IMG/VR virus record: IMGVR_UViG_3300037827_000551
Span: 19,519-83,518 of that record
Source: a virus
Reading direction: 5' to 3' (one strand)
DNA length: 64,000 bases
Shown: piece by piece, positions 26,782-38,963 of the stretch
Numbering within the stretch: the stretch's first letter is position 1
Layout: each line of letters begins with the position of its first letter
Program-made: the position numbers and the translations under genes
Notes under the pieces: model-generated
Seen by the model: the letters and a program-made list of their open reading frames with translations, nothing else
What the model was told of the DNA's origin: nothing
Databases searched by the model: none

Positions 26782-29700
26782 ATGAGCTGGGTTTTCGTAC
26801 AGCACGCATTCCAGGGTGGCACCGCCTCGCAGGCATCGGTCACGCTCGCTATGACCAGTGTCGTCGTCGGCGATCTTCTGATTGCCACGGTCTCGTTCTT
26901 CACCGGCACCCACACACCGTATTCGCTCAGTGATTCGAGCGGTAAGAACACGTGGACCGCCGGAGTTCTCCAGGGCATAACGACAAACGTGTGCGTCCAG
27001 GAATGGACAACCATTGTCCAGTCCGGTGGCGGCGGATCGATCAACGTCGAGGTCCAGACGGCATCCAGTACCGACTTCATGGGCTTGAACGTCGACGAAT
27101 ATTCCTTCCTCCAGGGCGCCACGATCACACTCGGGACGCTCGCCCATGCAACCGGCGCCTCACCCACGGCGATCTCCAGTGGCAACGTGAGTTGGACCGG
27201 AACCGGCAATTTCCTCCTGTGGGGGGCGGCGGCATCCGCGAACGCGACGGCCACGTGGTCCGCCGGCACCAATTTCAACCTTCGCTGCAATCAACCGCAT
27301 GCCACGGGCTACGAAGCCCTGATGACCGAGGATCAACTCAATCTCACGTCGGCCGCATCGCCGATCCCAATCACAGCCGGGTCAACGGCGACTTCCGGAG
27401 ACTGGGTGGCGATCGGCCTCGCATTTTTAGAAACGCCAGCGATCGCGATTACACCGGCCACCGTCCCCGCCAACCATTCCGGGCACATCACGCTCACCCT
27501 GGTCGGAACGGGGACGTCGTGGCTTGGCAGTCCGACCTGGACCGTCACTGGGGCCGGAACCTCGTATGTCGCCGGGTCGGCAATCGTTACCACGAATACG
27601 GCCGCGACGATCAAGGTGACGACGTCTGGCTCGACGGGGCTCGCGACGGTCTCTGACGGCACGTTTTCCGGTCAGTTCACCGTCGCCACGGCAACCCTCT
27701 CTGTCGTGCCGGCGGCCGTTGGGACAAGTGTGACAACCAGTCTTACGTTAACCGGAACGAACACGCTCTGGACAACCGAGACGGCGTCAACCCTGTTCTC
27801 GGCGTCAGGCGTCTCGGGAACATCGATCACTGGGGCGAGTATCACTGTCTCGTCCAATACGGCCGCCACAGCCAATCTCGTCAGCGGTTCGACTGTCGGC
27901 ACCGCGACGATCACCGACAATAGCACGACAGCCACGGATACGGTTGTTGTCGAGGCCAATTTCCCAACGATCACGCCGAGTCCGACGATTGTTCCCGTGG
28001 GCATCGGCACAACGAATTACGCAACTTTGCCCAGCAGCTTGGCATCGTCGCCTGTTCTGGTCACCCTGGTCGGATTCAACACGGGCTGGACCGGCGGCAC
28101 GACATTCACCGTTTCTGGGGTTGCTGGCTGCTCGGTCGTCGCGGCATCGACAGTTATTACCTCGGCGACCCTGGCTTCGTTCTGGCTCGAAACGGCTAAG
28201 GCTACGGGCACGCTTACGATCACCGACGGCTCCTATGAGTGCACAATCCAGGTCGTTCCCGGAGCGATTGTCGGGCAGGCTTATGTATGCCGAAGTGCCG
28301 AGACCTTATATTTCTTTACCTATCCGGCAACCGACGCTCCGCTGACGCTTGCTGGCACCTCATCAAGTCAGTCGCTAACCTATGCCATCGTCAATACGAC
28401 GACCACTAACGGCGGCACTGGTTACACCAGCCCCATCGCCTCGATCGTCGGCGGCGTTTCGATCACTCTGACGGCTGGCGGCACAGGCTATGGTTCGGCT
28501 CCGACCGTGGAAATCACCGGTGGTGGCGGCACGGGCGCCAGTGCGACCGCCCTGATCTCGGATGGAGCCGTCTCTGGATTCACGGTTACGCCTGGAACTG
28601 GCTATCAGTCGGGCATGCCGATCACGATCACCATGATCGGCGTCGGCACGGGGGCGGCAGCCACGGCGACAGTTATTGCCAATGGCGGTACTGGATGCCA
28701 ACTGGGCACACCGATCGTGTCCGCCGGAGTCATCACTGGGATTCCAGTTGTAACGACCGGCAGCGGTTATACGGGCGCTCCGTCAATCACGATCACTGAT
28801 TCGACAGGAGTGGGAGCCACAGCGACACCGATCTTGGGGGGCAATCCACTCCTGATCACGGGCGGCACCATGAACCCGGCCGCTCCGATCACCGCGATCA
28901 ACGGCGTACCCACGATCAAGGTCAATGGCAATTCCGTCGAAGTGCCTTTGTATATTAACTCTTATCCCATCAGCAATCCCGGAACGGCTTACGCTTCAGC
29001 TCCAATTGTAACCGTATCTGGGGGCACGGGCACCGGGGCGGCATGCACGGCGGCGATCACGGTAGCAGGCCAAGCCAGCCTCCTGCTGACCAATGGCGGT
29101 AGCGGGTATACGACTCCGCCAATCGTCACCCTGAATGCCAGTTCGTCCGGCTCCCCGGCTGTGGTTCAGACCTTCATCGCTGGTGGCGCGGTCGTCGGCT
29201 TCCGCGTCACTCAGTCGGGCACCTACGCTACGACACCGACAGTGACGATCACGGGTGGTGGCGGTGGCACGGGACTGGCCATTACCGCATCAAACGCCGT
29301 GGGCTGCGTTTATTCAATCACGGCGTCATGTATCGGAAGTAATTATCTATCGACGGACACGATCACAGTCTCGGTGGCCGCCGGGGCGGGCACAACAGCC
29401 GTGGCGAACTCGCTCATTGGGCCGATCTGGGGAAGCCAGTCCCTGAGTGCCCCATTCGTGGCCTATCAGACCATGTGCGGCGGCGTGGCGTCTATCGTAG
29501 TTCAAGCCGGAGGTAGCGGTTACACCAATCCCACGGCGACGGCCAGTGGAGGCGGAGGAACCGGTCTCGTACTGGGAACGCCAATCATCGCTGACGGCGT
29601 GATCACCTCAGTTTTGGTGTCGGGAACTGGACCTGTTTCCAATCAAGTCGGCATCGTCGATGCCAATGGGACGGGCAGCGGGTTCGTTGGCTATTACAAC

Positions 29701-32700
29701 AGTGTCGCCAATTCAATCACTTCGGTCACGATCGAGAATGGTGGAGCAAATTACTCGGCTTCGGGTAGCCTGACCGCCAAGTCGATCACCTCGAATACGA
29801 GCCAGGGTGACGTCGCATCGAACCCAGTTTATAGCACCGTTACCCCATCCAACGGTGTGATCGTCTCAATCCCCGTACTGTCTCCCGGAATTGGGTACAC
29901 CTCGGCCCCGACGATCACTATCACCGACCCCGGCGGAAGCGGTTCAGGGGCCGTCGTCGTGCCGATTATGACCGGGCCGGCGGCGACCGATACGGTCACG
30001 TACTCGGCCCCAGCGGGATGGCTATCCACATCGGTCGGTACGGTGCCGGCAGCGACGAATGCCCCGGTTTACAATTTTGGCGGATCGCTTGAGCCCGCAT
30101 TTTCGCAAGCCCCTGAAACCATGCTCATGGGCATGAACATTAACCCACTCTATGGTTACGGGGCCGGCAAGAATATCAATCAAAGCTGGCTCAAATGGGC
30201 TCTTAACTGGACCGGAGCAACGGCTCCGATTTCGGCGACGACACAGCTAAGCGGGGCACTCTACTCGATCGCTGGAGCCACAACCACAACCGGAACCCCG
30301 ACGACGCTCACGTTCGCGTCAGCTCCGACAGTCAGTATCGTCAACCACTACGTTTGGTTCCCTGGAGATTCGTCAGGCGGAATCTACTTGATCGCGTCAG
30401 GATCAGGGACCTCGTACACGATCTCGCCCGGATTTGGCGGTAGTGCTGGCCTTTCTGGAATCACCTGCCAGATCGTGCCAGCAACTTCACTGGCGGTCTA
30501 CAACGGGGCATCCGACACGGCGGGCGGTGGCGCGATTATCACGGCGACTGTCAATGGATCAGGGGTGATCACCAGCTATACGGTTCTCTATGGTGGCTCG
30601 GGATACACAGCGACACCAAAGATATTTGTGCCGCCTCCGGTTTCCGGGGGAACCCAAGGTTCGGCGACGGCGACCATGTCGGGTGGGTCGGTGACGGCGG
30701 TCGCGGTCAACACAGCGGGAGCCGGGTACACGAATTCAATGCTCAGTAGTTATCCGATGGCAATCGCCACGGTTGTTAGCGGATCGGCGACCGTCACGTT
30801 TTCGGCATCTCAGGCCAGCCTTATCGGCAACTACATCTGGTTTTCGGGCGATTCGAGCGGAAGCCTTTATTCGGTTACGGCGGGCAGCGGCTACTCCTGG
30901 ACGATTAGTCCGGTATTCGCTGGCAATTCCGTCGCGGAGACACAGGCTTTTATCTCCCCCAAGACCAACATCGTGGCCTATAACGCGGCCTCGGATATCA
31001 CGGGTGCGGGGGCCATCATCGCGGCGACCGTGAGCAGTGCCGGAGCAATCACTGGGTTTACGATCCAATCGGGCGGTGGCAATTACACGACGGCTCCGTC
31101 GATTCAACTACCGGCACCGGCATCGGGCGGATCGCAGGCTTCGGCGGGAACGGTGACCGTTTCAGGCGGCGGGATTACAAACATCGCGGCCGGCACGCCT
31201 GGTTCTGGCTATGCGGGATCGACGGTCGATGGCCACCCGATCGCAATCAACGGAACTACGAATCCACAAGGAGCCGCATCAACTCCAACGGCTTACACGG
31301 TATTCGCCGATACGGGTCACTCGCAAACCACGGGAACCACGGCGGCTCCATTGCCAGATCTCTCGGGGGTCTGGACATTCACCGCCAGCGAATCGAATCC
31401 CAGTTCTCCAATGACGGCGACGGTCTACTCGGGAACAACGCCGATCACGGCGGTTCCGGTGAGTGGACCGAATATCGGTGGTGTCGTCAGCAAGACATGG
31501 CAATTTACGGTTCCAAGGAATATCCCTGGATTCTCACTTGTTCTTCTGACTGAAGGCTCTGGATATACCGGCACGCCGACAGCCGCATTCACGGGCGGCG
31601 GTGGCACCGGAATGACCGCCACAGTGCTGACAAATGCGGCCGGAAATGTGATCGGCCTAAAATTAACCTCGATCGGCACCGGGTACACGTCGGCTCCAAG
31701 TGTGGCGATCTCGGGGGCTGGAACCGGAGCGACCGCCCAAGTCTTGGCTTTGGGAAACTCGCAGCTCAATCTCTCGCTGGCGATTGCCGGGCCATCGGCC
31801 GGGGCAGGTTCGGCCTACACACTCTCTAATGAGTTAATGGTCGCCCCTGTTCGCGGTACGGGAGCGGCGGCGGTTCCAAATCAGTCGAACCTGATGGCGC
31901 CCGACGTCAACATGGTGTCGTGGTTGTCGTTGCCCAATGGTTCGGGAGCGGCAACTCTTCGTTGCTGGCCGATGCAGAACAACGCCTGGTACACGAATGT
32001 TGTTGATGTCAGTGATCTTCGTCCAGAAAACGATTTCACGTGGGCCGATGGAACTCAAAGGAATACCGCATTCACGGTCACGGCGATCAGGCAGTACCAA
32101 GTTTCCACGTCTCCTTATGTGTTCACGTCGAATAGCGGATATGCTCCAGCGAATACCACGGGCTATCCCGGCACGATGAGCAGTTCCGGCATCGCTGGAG
32201 CACCACTTTCCAATTGCTGGACGCCAGCGAATATCCAGTGGGCCGGATTCGGGTTTAGCGGCAACACTTGCATCGTCGCCGAGTTCGTCACCGCAGCGGC
32301 ACACGGACTTCGCACCGGTCAGGTCATCACGTTTCCGGGCACTCCTTGGCTTGCGACACTGCCGGTATTTGATGCCAATTTCAACTCGGGGGCAGGGCGG
32401 AATATCGTCACCTCGCTTTCGGGAATCACTGTGACAGCCTTTGTGACCGGTGCCAACACGTTCGCCATTGGATTTAGTGCCAGTGCCAGCGTGATCACAT
32501 CGGGTACTAATTCGGCCTACGTGATCGGCAATATTCCGTGCAACTTCGATGTGTCGATGGTATTCGAGCCGTTCTTCGAGGCTCCCCCTGTCGAAGCGTT
32601 CGTCGGCCTCTGTAACGCGGTTCCTGGTTGTGCTCTGCATATTTTTGTGCCCGACTTCGCGACCGACGCCTGTACGGCGGCGATGGCTCAGCGGATTCGC

Positions 32701-33918
32701 GACTCGCTCGACGTCGGCCGTGATGTTTATATCGAGACCCATAACGAGCACTGGAATTCGGGCGGCTACTTCGTGCAGTATATGGCCGCTTTCCAGATGG
32801 CCAATCTTTGCTCGGGATTCGCCTCAATCATTGGGTCGACCGGCAATGCGAACAACGATTTCTACACCTATGACTCGGCCCACAAGCAGCAAATTTTCAT
32901 AAACGTATTCAATCAAGAGGATATCAACGGCAATACCAATCGCGGCGACTCGATCGTGGGCGTTTTCGGAGCTCAGGCCACGGCGTCAAGCTCGGCCACG
33001 GCAATGGTTGCTTACGCCAACCGATTTAACGCCACGTCACCCGCGACCCCCGTGCAGATCGACGCCATCATGGCGGCCCCGTATTACAATATTCCGACGG
33101 ACCTGCCGATCGCCCAAGTGGCGGCGATGACCTATTCCAACTACCAGGGGAGCCTTCAGTATCAGTGTCTGACGCCATGGACGATCGGTATGTATATCGA
33201 CTTGTTCAGACACTATGCGCTCTATTGCTTGGCGGATAATATCGCGTCCCCGGCGAGCGCAATCCCGAATTACAATCTCAGTTTGGTTCCTGGACAGACC
33301 GTCCCCCCATTCATGATGTGCTATGAGGCCAGCGTTCAAATCCTGGTCTACACCCCGGTTTCAGTCACCGACTGGAGCATGCGAGGATATGTTGCCCACG
33401 ACATGTATTTTCACCCCTACTTCGCTGACTTGAACCAAGCCTTTTATTTAGGCGTTCAGCAATCCGGAGCGAAAATCATGTGCTGCTTCGAGTTGTGCGC
33501 CCAGCGGTTCGCCGAAAACACGAACACGGCATTCACGCTCGTCCAGGGCGTACCAGACGGCTTTGGAGCGACCGTCGCCTGGGGCTTCGTCACCTGGGAA
33601 GGTATGGCTGCCGGTCGCGGAGATGGGACGCTCGACGAGAACGGTAATGCGACCGTCAATCAGTTTTTCAACAACGGCAACAACACGGGTGGCATCGCCC
33701 AGGACCTGGACAACGTCTCGCCAAAGCTTCAGAGTTGGCGGAATTTCGCCGAAGCGGCCAACCCGATACCACCTCCTCCAGCGGGAAGCGGTGGCGGCGG
33801 CATCGCGGGACCTACCGAGGCTCAGCTCGCCATGGTGGCCTATCTGGGCAACATGCCACGGCGACGGCGGAAGAAATTCGGCGGCAAGATTCGGGGCGGG
33901 ATGACCTTCTACGAATGA
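26782..33918 (+). CDS. 2378-aa virion appendage: Ig-like/GGSGYT repeats plus a clan GH-A-like glycoside hydrolase domain
   Basis: many GxGYTxAPTV repeats; C-terminal [10 protein letters not shown]...[11 protein letters not shown]...[10 protein letters not shown]...CYEAS. Confidence 0.7.
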   Translation: MSWVFVQHAFQGGTASQASVTLAMTSVVVGDLLIATVSFFTGTHTPYSLSDSSGKNTWTAGVLQGITTNVCVQEWTTIVQSGGGGSINVEVQTASSTDFMGLNVDEYSFLQGATITLGTLAHATGASPTAISSGNVSWTGTGNFLLWGAAASANATATWSAGTNFNLRCNQPHATGYEALMTEDQLNLTSAASPIPITAGSTATSGDWVAIGLAFLETPAIAITPATVPANHSGHITLTLVGTGTSWLGSPTWTVTGAGTSYVAGSAIVTTNTAATIKVTTSGSTGLATVSDGTFSGQFTVATATLSVVPAAVGTSVTTSLTLTGTNTLWTTETASTLFSASGVSGTSITGASITVSSNTAATANLVSGSTVGTATITDNSTTATDTVVVEANFPTITPSPTIVPVGIGTTNYATLPSSLASSPVLVTLVGFNTGWTGGTTFTVSGVAGCSVVAASTVITSATLASFWLETAKATGTLTITDGSYECTIQVVPGAIVGQAYVCRSAETLYFFTYPATDAPLTLAGTSSSQSLTYAIVNTTTTNGGTGYTSPIASIVGGVSITLTAGGTGYGSAPTVEITGGGGTGASATALISDGAVSGFTVTPGTGYQSGMPITITMIGVGTGAAATATVIANGGTGCQLGTPIVSAGVITGIPVVTTGSGYTGAPSITITDSTGVGATATPILGGNPLLITGGTMNPAAPITAINGVPTIKVNGNSVEVPLYINSYPISNPGTAYASAPIVTVSGGTGTGAACTAAITVAGQASLLLTNGGSGYTTPPIVTLNASSSGSPAVVQTFIAGGAVVGFRVTQSGTYATTPTVTITGGGGGTGLAITASNAVGCVYSITASCIGSNYLSTDTITVSVAAGAGTTAVANSLIGPIWGSQSLSAPFVAYQTMCGGVASIVVQAGGSGYTNPTATASGGGGTGLVLGTPIIADGVITSVLVSGTGPVSNQVGIVDANGTGSGFVGYYNSVANSITSVTIENGGANYSASGSLTAKSITSNTSQGDVASNPVYSTVTPSNGVIVSIPVLSPGIGYTSAPTITITDPGGSGSGAVVVPIMTGPAATDTVTYSAPAGWLSTSVGTVPAATNAPVYNFGGSLEPAFSQAPETMLMGMNINPLYGYGAGKNINQSWLKWALNWTGATAPISATTQLSGALYSIAGATTTTGTPTTLTFASAPTVSIVNHYVWFPGDSSGGIYLIASGSGTSYTISPGFGGSAGLSGITCQIVPATSLAVYNGASDTAGGGAIITATVNGSGVITSYTVLYGGSGYTATPKIFVPPPVSGGTQGSATATMSGGSVTAVAVNTAGAGYTNSMLSSYPMAIATVVSGSATVTFSASQASLIGNYIWFSGDSSGSLYSVTAGSGYSWTISPVFAGNSVAETQAFISPKTNIVAYNAASDITGAGAIIAATVSSAGAITGFTIQSGGGNYTTAPSIQLPAPASGGSQASAGTVTVSGGGITNIAAGTPGSGYAGSTVDGHPIAINGTTNPQGAASTPTAYTVFADTGHSQTTGTTAAPLPDLSGVWTFTASESNPSSPMTATVYSGTTPITAVPVSGPNIGGVVSKTWQFTVPRNIPGFSLVLLTEGSGYTGTPTAAFTGGGGTGMTATVLTNAAGNVIGLKLTSIGTGYTSAPSVAISGAGTGATAQVLALGNSQLNLSLAIAGPSAGAGSAYTLSNELMVAPVRGTGAAAVPNQSNLMAPDVNMVSWLSLPNGSGAATLRCWPMQNNAWYTNVVDVSDLRPENDFTWADGTQRNTAFTVTAIRQYQVSTSPYVFTSNSGYAPANTTGYPGTMSSSGIAGAPLSNCWTPANIQWAGFGFSGNTCIVAEFVTAAAHGLRTGQVITFPGTPWLATLPVFDANFNSGAGRNIVTSLSGITVTAFVTGANTFAIGFSASASVITSGTNSAYVIGNIPCNFDVSMVFEPFFEAPPVEAFVGLCNAVPGCALHIFVPDFATDACTAAMAQRIRDSLDVGRDVYIETHNEHWNSGGYFVQYMAAFQMANLCSGFASIIGSTGNANNDFYTYDSAHKQQIFINVFNQEDINGNTNRGDSIVGVFGAQATASSSATAMVAYANRFNATSPATPVQIDAIMAAPYYNIPTDLPIAQVAAMTYSNYQGSLQYQCLTPWTIGMYIDLFRHYALYCLADNIASPASAIPNYNLSLVPGQTVPPFMMCYEASVQILVYTPVSVTDWSMRGYVAHDMYFHPYFADLNQAFYLGVQQSGAKIMCCFELCAQRFAENTNTAFTLVQGVPDGFGATVAWGFVTWEGMAAGRGDGTLDENGNATVNQFFNNGNNTGGIAQDLDNVSPKLQSWRNFAEAANPIPPPPAGSGGGGIAGPTEAQLAMVAYLGNMPRRRRKKFGGKIRGGMTFYE

Positions 33919-34376
33919 GCCAATTCTTTGAACAGGCCCTTGTCGCCAAACTCCAGGCAATCCCCGAACTGGCCGCAATCCTCGGGGCCTGGAATAACGC
34001 GGCGGCGATTTTTAAGACCAGCGTACCGCAGACCTACGACTACGGCCGCAATGGACCCGCGCTCACGTATTTCGTTGCCGAGAAGCCCATGGGCCACGTG
34101 CTCACCGGATCTGATGGGACGGCTGTGGCGAATACCATGCTGGCGGTCTCAAGCTACAGTTACGGTCAATCCAAGACAGCGATCGAGGCGATCTGGAACG
34201 ACATCGACGGCGTGCCCGGACAATGGGGCGATGGGACCTGCGAGATTATCAGTGTGGTCCAACAAGACGACTCCGATCAAGTGACCGAACCCAAGGCGGG
34301 ATCGGATCAATGGCTATATGCTTGTGTATGCGAATATCGGATTTTTTACAGGGTGTCTATCCCTTCTCTCGTTTGA
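33915..34376 (+). CDS. tail terminator-like (DUF3168-like), copy 1
   Basis: FEQALVAKL..., PQ, P.LTY; paralog of 34506-34982. Confidence 0.7.
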   Translation: MSQFFEQALVAKLQAIPELAAILGAWNNAAAIFKTSVPQTYDYGRNGPALTYFVAEKPMGHVLTGSDGTAVANTMLAVSSYSYGQSKTAIEAIWNDIDGVPGQWGDGTCEIISVVQQDDSDQVTEPKAGSDQWLYACVCEYRIFYRVSIPSLV

Positions 34377-34505
34377 GGTTTAAATGGCAGTCGGACTCGC
34401 GGTGAACATTGCGCTCGCTCAATTCAATACCCAGGCAGGTGCCGAGACCATCGACACTGGCGTCCATCAACGGCGATCATCCCCCAAGTTTAACGAGTAG
34501 TCAAT

Positions 34506-34982
34506 TTGCCGGCCGCCTTCCAGTTATTCGAGGAGGCCCTTAAAGCGAAGCTGAACGCGACGCTGGGGCTCACGGCACTTCTGGGTGTAATTCCCGGCGG
34601 AGCACCGGCGATCTTCGTCGCGGCGGTTCCGCAGACTTATGATTTTGGGCGAAACGGAGCGGCGCTGACGTATCTGGTGCCTACCAAGCCGCGAGGTCAC
34701 GTTTTGACCGGCTCTGACGGCACAGCCGTGGCACGGGTCCAATTCGACGCCTGGGGATACCAAGAAGGCATCGTCAAGCAAATCATCGAGGCGATCAGGC
34801 AGGCCATTGATGGGGTCCCGGTCAACCCGTGGGGGACGGGCTACGTAAATATCGTGTCCGTGGTTCAGCAGAACGACTTGGATCTGGATGAACCGCCCAA
34901 GGCGGGGACGGATCAGTGGGTCTACCGCACAATGAGTGAATATAACGTAATGTACCGCACGGGTTTGCCCACGCTCAACTGA
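34506..34982 (+). CDS. tail terminator-like (DUF3168-like), copy 2
   Basis: FEEALKAKL, RVQFDAWG, IRQAIDG. Confidence 0.75.
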   Translation: MPAAFQLFEEALKAKLNATLGLTALLGVIPGGAPAIFVAAVPQTYDFGRNGAALTYLVPTKPRGHVLTGSDGTAVARVQFDAWGYQEGIVKQIIEAIRQAIDGVPVNPWGTGYVNIVSVVQQNDLDLDEPPKAGTDQWVYRTMSEYNVMYRTGLPTLN

Positions 34983-35000
34983 GCCGAAAGAGAGGAAGCT

Positions 35001-35249
35001 ATGCCGCACTCCGAGGTGACATTGGGCATGGGGAGAACCTATGCGATCGTCCTTCATGACCGGGTTGTCGATATCGTTGGTCCGATCAAGGGGCCGGGCA
35101 AGTCGGCCTACGATCATGACCGGATCGTGGATATCACGTGGCGGCCCGACATCAAGGTTGGGGATACTTGGCCATGGCTGAATCTGAAGGATTTGGCGGA
35201 AAAACAAGCCAAGGAGAAGGCCGAATCGGAACCTCCCAATACCACGTAA
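35001..35249 (+). CDS. hypothetical protein
   Basis: GAGGA SD. Confidence 0.55.
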   Translation: MPHSEVTLGMGRTYAIVLHDRVVDIVGPIKGPGKSAYDHDRIVDITWRPDIKVGDTWPWLNLKDLAEKQAKEKAESEPPNTT

Positions 35250-35268
35250 TAGAAGGGAAATATAAATA

Positions 35269-35718
35269 ATGGCAACCGTGTGGGGTTCACAGGGCACCAC
35301 GCTAGGCGTCGACGAACTGTCAGGCGCCTCAAATTCATTTACGTTGATCAGCAACGTGACCTCGCTCACCGCTGTTGGAGGCGGCTCTGTCACGCAGGCT
35401 CTTACCACGGCGCTTGCATCTACCGTGCACACCTTCAGGGCAACGATCAAGAAGCCATCTGAAGTATCTTTTGATGTGTGGTACGATCCGACTGATTCGG
35501 CCCACAAGTTCATCCGCAACCTGTGTGACACGCCGTCGAACGGGCCAAATTACTGGCTCGCGACCTACAACACGGGCAACACAAATTCCACCTGCCAGTT
35601 CTTGGGATCGGGCATTTCCAACTTCGACGGTTATTCCACGGCCGACGTCGAAGACAACCTGATGACGACCTTCGCGGTACAACAGACCGGCCTGCCAACC
35701 TGGGTGAATGCAACATGA
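35269..35718 (+). CDS. major tail tube protein
   Basis: SQGTTL..., I.NVTS, TGLP.W; lies before the chaperone. Confidence 0.8.
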   Translation: MATVWGSQGTTLGVDELSGASNSFTLISNVTSLTAVGGGSVTQALTTALASTVHTFRATIKKPSEVSFDVWYDPTDSAHKFIRNLCDTPSNGPNYWLATYNTGNTNSTCQFLGSGISNFDGYSTADVEDNLMTTFAVQQTGLPTWVNAT

Positions 35719-36086
35719 GCGAGATTGGTGAAAAGTTCCTGGCGAAAGCCAGGGCATGGAAGCCCACGTACGAACCGATGGACGTACCAGGAATTGGGAC
35801 CGTCCACATTAAGCGACTTGATGCGGGCGAACGGGACCGGTACGAATGGGCTTCCAAGAAATACGATAGCAACACAAGCCGCTCGCTTGTTCTGGTGCAC
35901 TTCCTATTTGACGGCGAGCGAGGGTCCAGGCTGTTCAGGGATGAGGATTGTGCCGACCTGGACCACCTCGATCCCGCAATGATCGATCCCGTCGTTGCCC
36001 GAGCCCTGACATTCAACGGCTATACCGAAGCCGAGCGTGAGGAACTCGTAAAAAACTTGAACGGCCAGCCCGCCAATTTATCCTGA
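35715..36086 (+). CDS. tail assembly chaperone (gpG-like)
   Basis: G.V.IKRL.AGERD.YE, ends EELVKN; lies before the tape measure. Confidence 0.85.
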   Translation: MSEIGEKFLAKARAWKPTYEPMDVPGIGTVHIKRLDAGERDRYEWASKKYDSNTSRSLVLVHFLFDGERGSRLFRDEDCADLDHLDPAMIDPVVARALTFNGYTEAEREELVKNLNGQPANLS

Positions 36087-36325
36087 AGCTGGCCAGGGAT
36101 CTCCATAAGTTCCCGTGCGAAGTCGAGGCACTTGACGCGGCGGAGTTTGATGAGCTGCAACTCTACTACAATCAAAATCCACCGGCAGACCTCGTGTACA
36201 TGATCGCCCAGCTTTGCTCGATCACGTACAACGCCAATCGCGGCAAGGGGCCAGCGAGGGGTATCGATTACTTTATTCCGAAGGTGGTCGAAGTACCGGC
36301 CCATCTGCGGAAGAAACAAAGGTAG
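36050..36325 (+). CDS. -1 frameshift extension (gpGT-like); slippery site A AAA AAC at 36050-36056
   Basis: the -1 frame is open from the slippery heptamer to TAG 36323-36325 (KLERPARQFILKLAR...HLRKKQR). Confidence 0.85.
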   Translation, partial: KKLERPARQFILKLARDLHKFPCEVEALDAAEFDELQLYYNQNPPADLVYMIAQLCSITYNANRGKGPARGIDYFIPKVVEVPAHLRKKQR

Positions 36326-36328
36326 CCA

Positions 36329-37822
36329 ATGGCGATTATTGGCCGAATCTCGATCCTGATGGCCCTGAACGCGGCGGGTCTAACTAAAGGTGTCGGCTTG
36401 GTCCGCGCCGAGTTGAACATGATGTCTCGGTCATTCGGCGGCCTTGCTCTCGCGGCGGCTGGTTTTGCCGCCGTTACGGTTGCGGCGATCGGCAAGGCGG
36501 TCCTGTCGGCGTCAAATCTTGAAGAACAGACCGACCTGACGCGAGATCAGTTTGGCAAGTTCGCGAGCCAAGTCATCGATCAATCAAATTTGTTAGCCGA
36601 TGCCTTTGGAATGACCAAAGCCAAAACCCTGGAAGCAGCCTCGGCGTTTTCCGGGATGTTCGAGGGGGCTGGATTCGCCGGGAAGGCCGTTGCGGACCTG
36701 AGCGTCCACTTTGTGAAGCTTGGTGCCGATCTCTCGCGAGCCCGGAATATTGACATAGACGAAGCTCTTCTCAAGCTTCAGAGCGGACTCTCCGGTGAAG
36801 AGGAACCCCTCAGGCGATACGGCATTGACTTGCACGAGACCCACGTAAAATCCGTCGCCGCCGCCAACGGAATCGGACACCTCGGCCAAATGCTTACCGA
36901 GTCCGAAAAAAAAACGGCCCGCATGATCATTATCAATGAGGGGCTTACCAAGTCGTGGGGCAATATGGCCAAGACCGGCGATAAGACGGCGGGCGCCATT
37001 CAGGGGCTTCAGGGTCGCACCGAGAACGCCTTCGCGGCAATTGGTGAATCTATGCTCCATATCGCAGCTCCCGCTCTCGAAGAACTCCAGATCGGCATTG
37101 CGGCCCTTCAGAATTGGTGGCTCAGCTCGGCGGATGCTGGGGTCAGGGCGACAGATTTAACAGTGGCCGGCGTCGACAAGGCGGGCAACGCCGTCGGTTT
37201 TCTCCAGAAGGGCATCGGCAATCTCGCGAACATGTGGCAGGTGGTCCAGATCGCATTTACGGGCATGCAAGGCGTCGTGATCACTGGGTTGAATGCGATA
37301 TTTAAAACGCTAATGTATGTGACTAACCAGTACGTAAAACTTTTGGAATGGGCCACTGGAACCAGGGGGTCAAACGGCAAGTCCGAAGGAGAATTCGCCC
37401 AGTTCGGCAAATGGCTCCAGTCACAGGAGGACGCGACCGCCAAACAGGCGTGGCAGCAACTTTCGGCACCATGGAAGAGCGAGGATGTCGACAAGGCTTT
37501 CGCCGAAGAAAGAAAGAAGCGGGACGAGGCCCGCGCGAAACTATCATCCCAAGGCAAACTGGATATCAACAAGTTCAGGCCAACAAATGCCCCTAATGAA
37601 CTTTTGAAGCCCAAGCACGATAAGCAATTCGCTGACGCCGAGACCTACGGATCAAAAGAGGGTGCCAATATTCTAATTCAGTCCATGTACGGTGGCACCA
37701 AGCCAACTGATGCCGCGATTGCTCAGACGGCCCAGAACACAGCGCGGTCCAACGTGCTCCTGGAGGCAATCCGGCAGCAGTTCGCACAGCAGGTTGGCAT
37801 CAATGTACTAAACGGGTTCTAA
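36329..37822 (+). CDS. tape measure protein (short, 497 aa)
   Basis: Ala-rich helical; ADL..., SGL.GE.EPLRRYGI; follows the chaperone. Confidence 0.85.
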   Translation: MAIIGRISILMALNAAGLTKGVGLVRAELNMMSRSFGGLALAAAGFAAVTVAAIGKAVLSASNLEEQTDLTRDQFGKFASQVIDQSNLLADAFGMTKAKTLEAASAFSGMFEGAGFAGKAVADLSVHFVKLGADLSRARNIDIDEALLKLQSGLSGEEEPLRRYGIDLHETHVKSVAAANGIGHLGQMLTESEKKTARMIIINEGLTKSWGNMAKTGDKTAGAIQGLQGRTENAFAAIGESMLHIAAPALEELQIGIAALQNWWLSSADAGVRATDLTVAGVDKAGNAVGFLQKGIGNLANMWQVVQIAFTGMQGVVITGLNAIFKTLMYVTNQYVKLLEWATGTRGSNGKSEGEFAQFGKWLQSQEDATAKQAWQQLSAPWKSEDVDKAFAEERKKRDEARAKLSSQGKLDINKFRPTNAPNELLKPKHDKQFADAETYGSKEGANILIQSMYGGTKPTDAAIAQTAQNTARSNVLLEAIRQQFAQQVGINVLNGF

Positions 37823-37825
37823 TCC

Positions 37826-38956
37826 ATGGGTTTGCCACTTCTAAACTACCCCGCCGTTCTCGGATTCGGCGGTATCATTGAGTCGATCACCAATATCCAG
37901 GGCGAAGGAGGCCAGGGATTAACGTGGGGGATTGACCAGATTGAACAGGCGTGGCAAGGATCACGCCAGTACATGAACACACTTCGCATTATCACTAACG
38001 GTGCGTATACGGGTCCAATCCAGATTATGGAGGAATTGATCGGATGTGGCGTTGTGATTGGTGCTCCATATGTTTACCCGATCCCCGAATTCGGCGTGAA
38101 TGCGAACCCGGCGTCATTCTTTCCGACGGAGCAAGACACGGGTTCGTTCGTCCAGCGAGTTAATCTCGTTCCCGAGGCCGAAGACGGCCTTCAGTGGCTT
38201 TGCCATATCGAGTATGGTTCGTACTATATCTGGCACGAGTTGGGAACGACCAATGCCACGTTTTGCTCGTTCCTGCCGACGGACTTCAAGCCGATAGTCA
38301 GGTGGGGAACACAGAAGTACCAGCGATACTATCCGACTGATGCGTTTGGCAATCCCTACGTGAATACGGCCGGTATTGGATTGATCAATCCGCCGTACCG
38401 CGAAGAATCGACGCAAACCCTGACGATCATCATTTGGCAGTCAGAGTACATCGAACCTCTTTTTCAATCGTACCGGGATACAGTGAATCTCAATCCGTTT
38501 TTTACCTTTGACCCCTACCAAGCTAAATGTAGAGACATTGACGGCGAGCGAATCTACACGGCGGATTATGGCTACGTTTGGCGGGTCAAGTATGAGTTTG
38601 AGATGAGGCAGGTCACGATCAATTATACGCCCCAGTCAGGGGGTCCGGCCGTCAAAAATGTGTACGGGTGGCAAGACTTGGTTCTCAATGCGAGTTATTA
38701 TGCGTTCGGTGGAGCCACGGGTGCCCTGGGGCCGATTTTGCCGATCCTGGTTAATGGCCAGCCGGTATCGCACCCAATGATCCTGAATCAAGACGGAACT
38801 TGTACTCTTATATCGCCATTCCCCAATGTGGTCGGCACTATTCCGGTTCAGAATTTAAAGGGAAACCAAGCCTTGTTCATTCCGTTTTATAACTACCCAT
38901 ACTCAGATTTTGATGATTTCAATTTCCCACCAGACATGCTCTCTACTAATCAATAA
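37826..38956 (+). CDS. tail tip / distal tail protein
   Basis: position after the tape measure; NTAG...PP, Y.DTVN, W.V.YEF. Confidence 0.6.
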   Translation: MGLPLLNYPAVLGFGGIIESITNIQGEGGQGLTWGIDQIEQAWQGSRQYMNTLRIITNGAYTGPIQIMEELIGCGVVIGAPYVYPIPEFGVNANPASFFPTEQDTGSFVQRVNLVPEAEDGLQWLCHIEYGSYYIWHELGTTNATFCSFLPTDFKPIVRWGTQKYQRYYPTDAFGNPYVNTAGIGLINPPYREESTQTLTIIIWQSEYIEPLFQSYRDTVNLNPFFTFDPYQAKCRDIDGERIYTADYGYVWRVKYEFEMRQVTINYTPQSGGPAVKNVYGWQDLVLNASYYAFGGATGALGPILPILVNGQPVSHPMILNQDGTCTLISPFPNVVGTIPVQNLKGNQALFIPFYNYPYSDFDDFNFPPDMLSTNQ

Positions 38957-38963
38957 TTAAATA

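Noticed and set aside
33780-33918. PEP-CTERM-like sorting signal on the giant protein
   Set aside because: It has a basic cluster but no PEP motif and no full hydrophobic helix
34384-34506. Frameshift or readthrough joining the short ORF to terminator copy 2
   Set aside because: The copy-2 frame is closed by TAA at 34491 and there is no slippery heptamer after it
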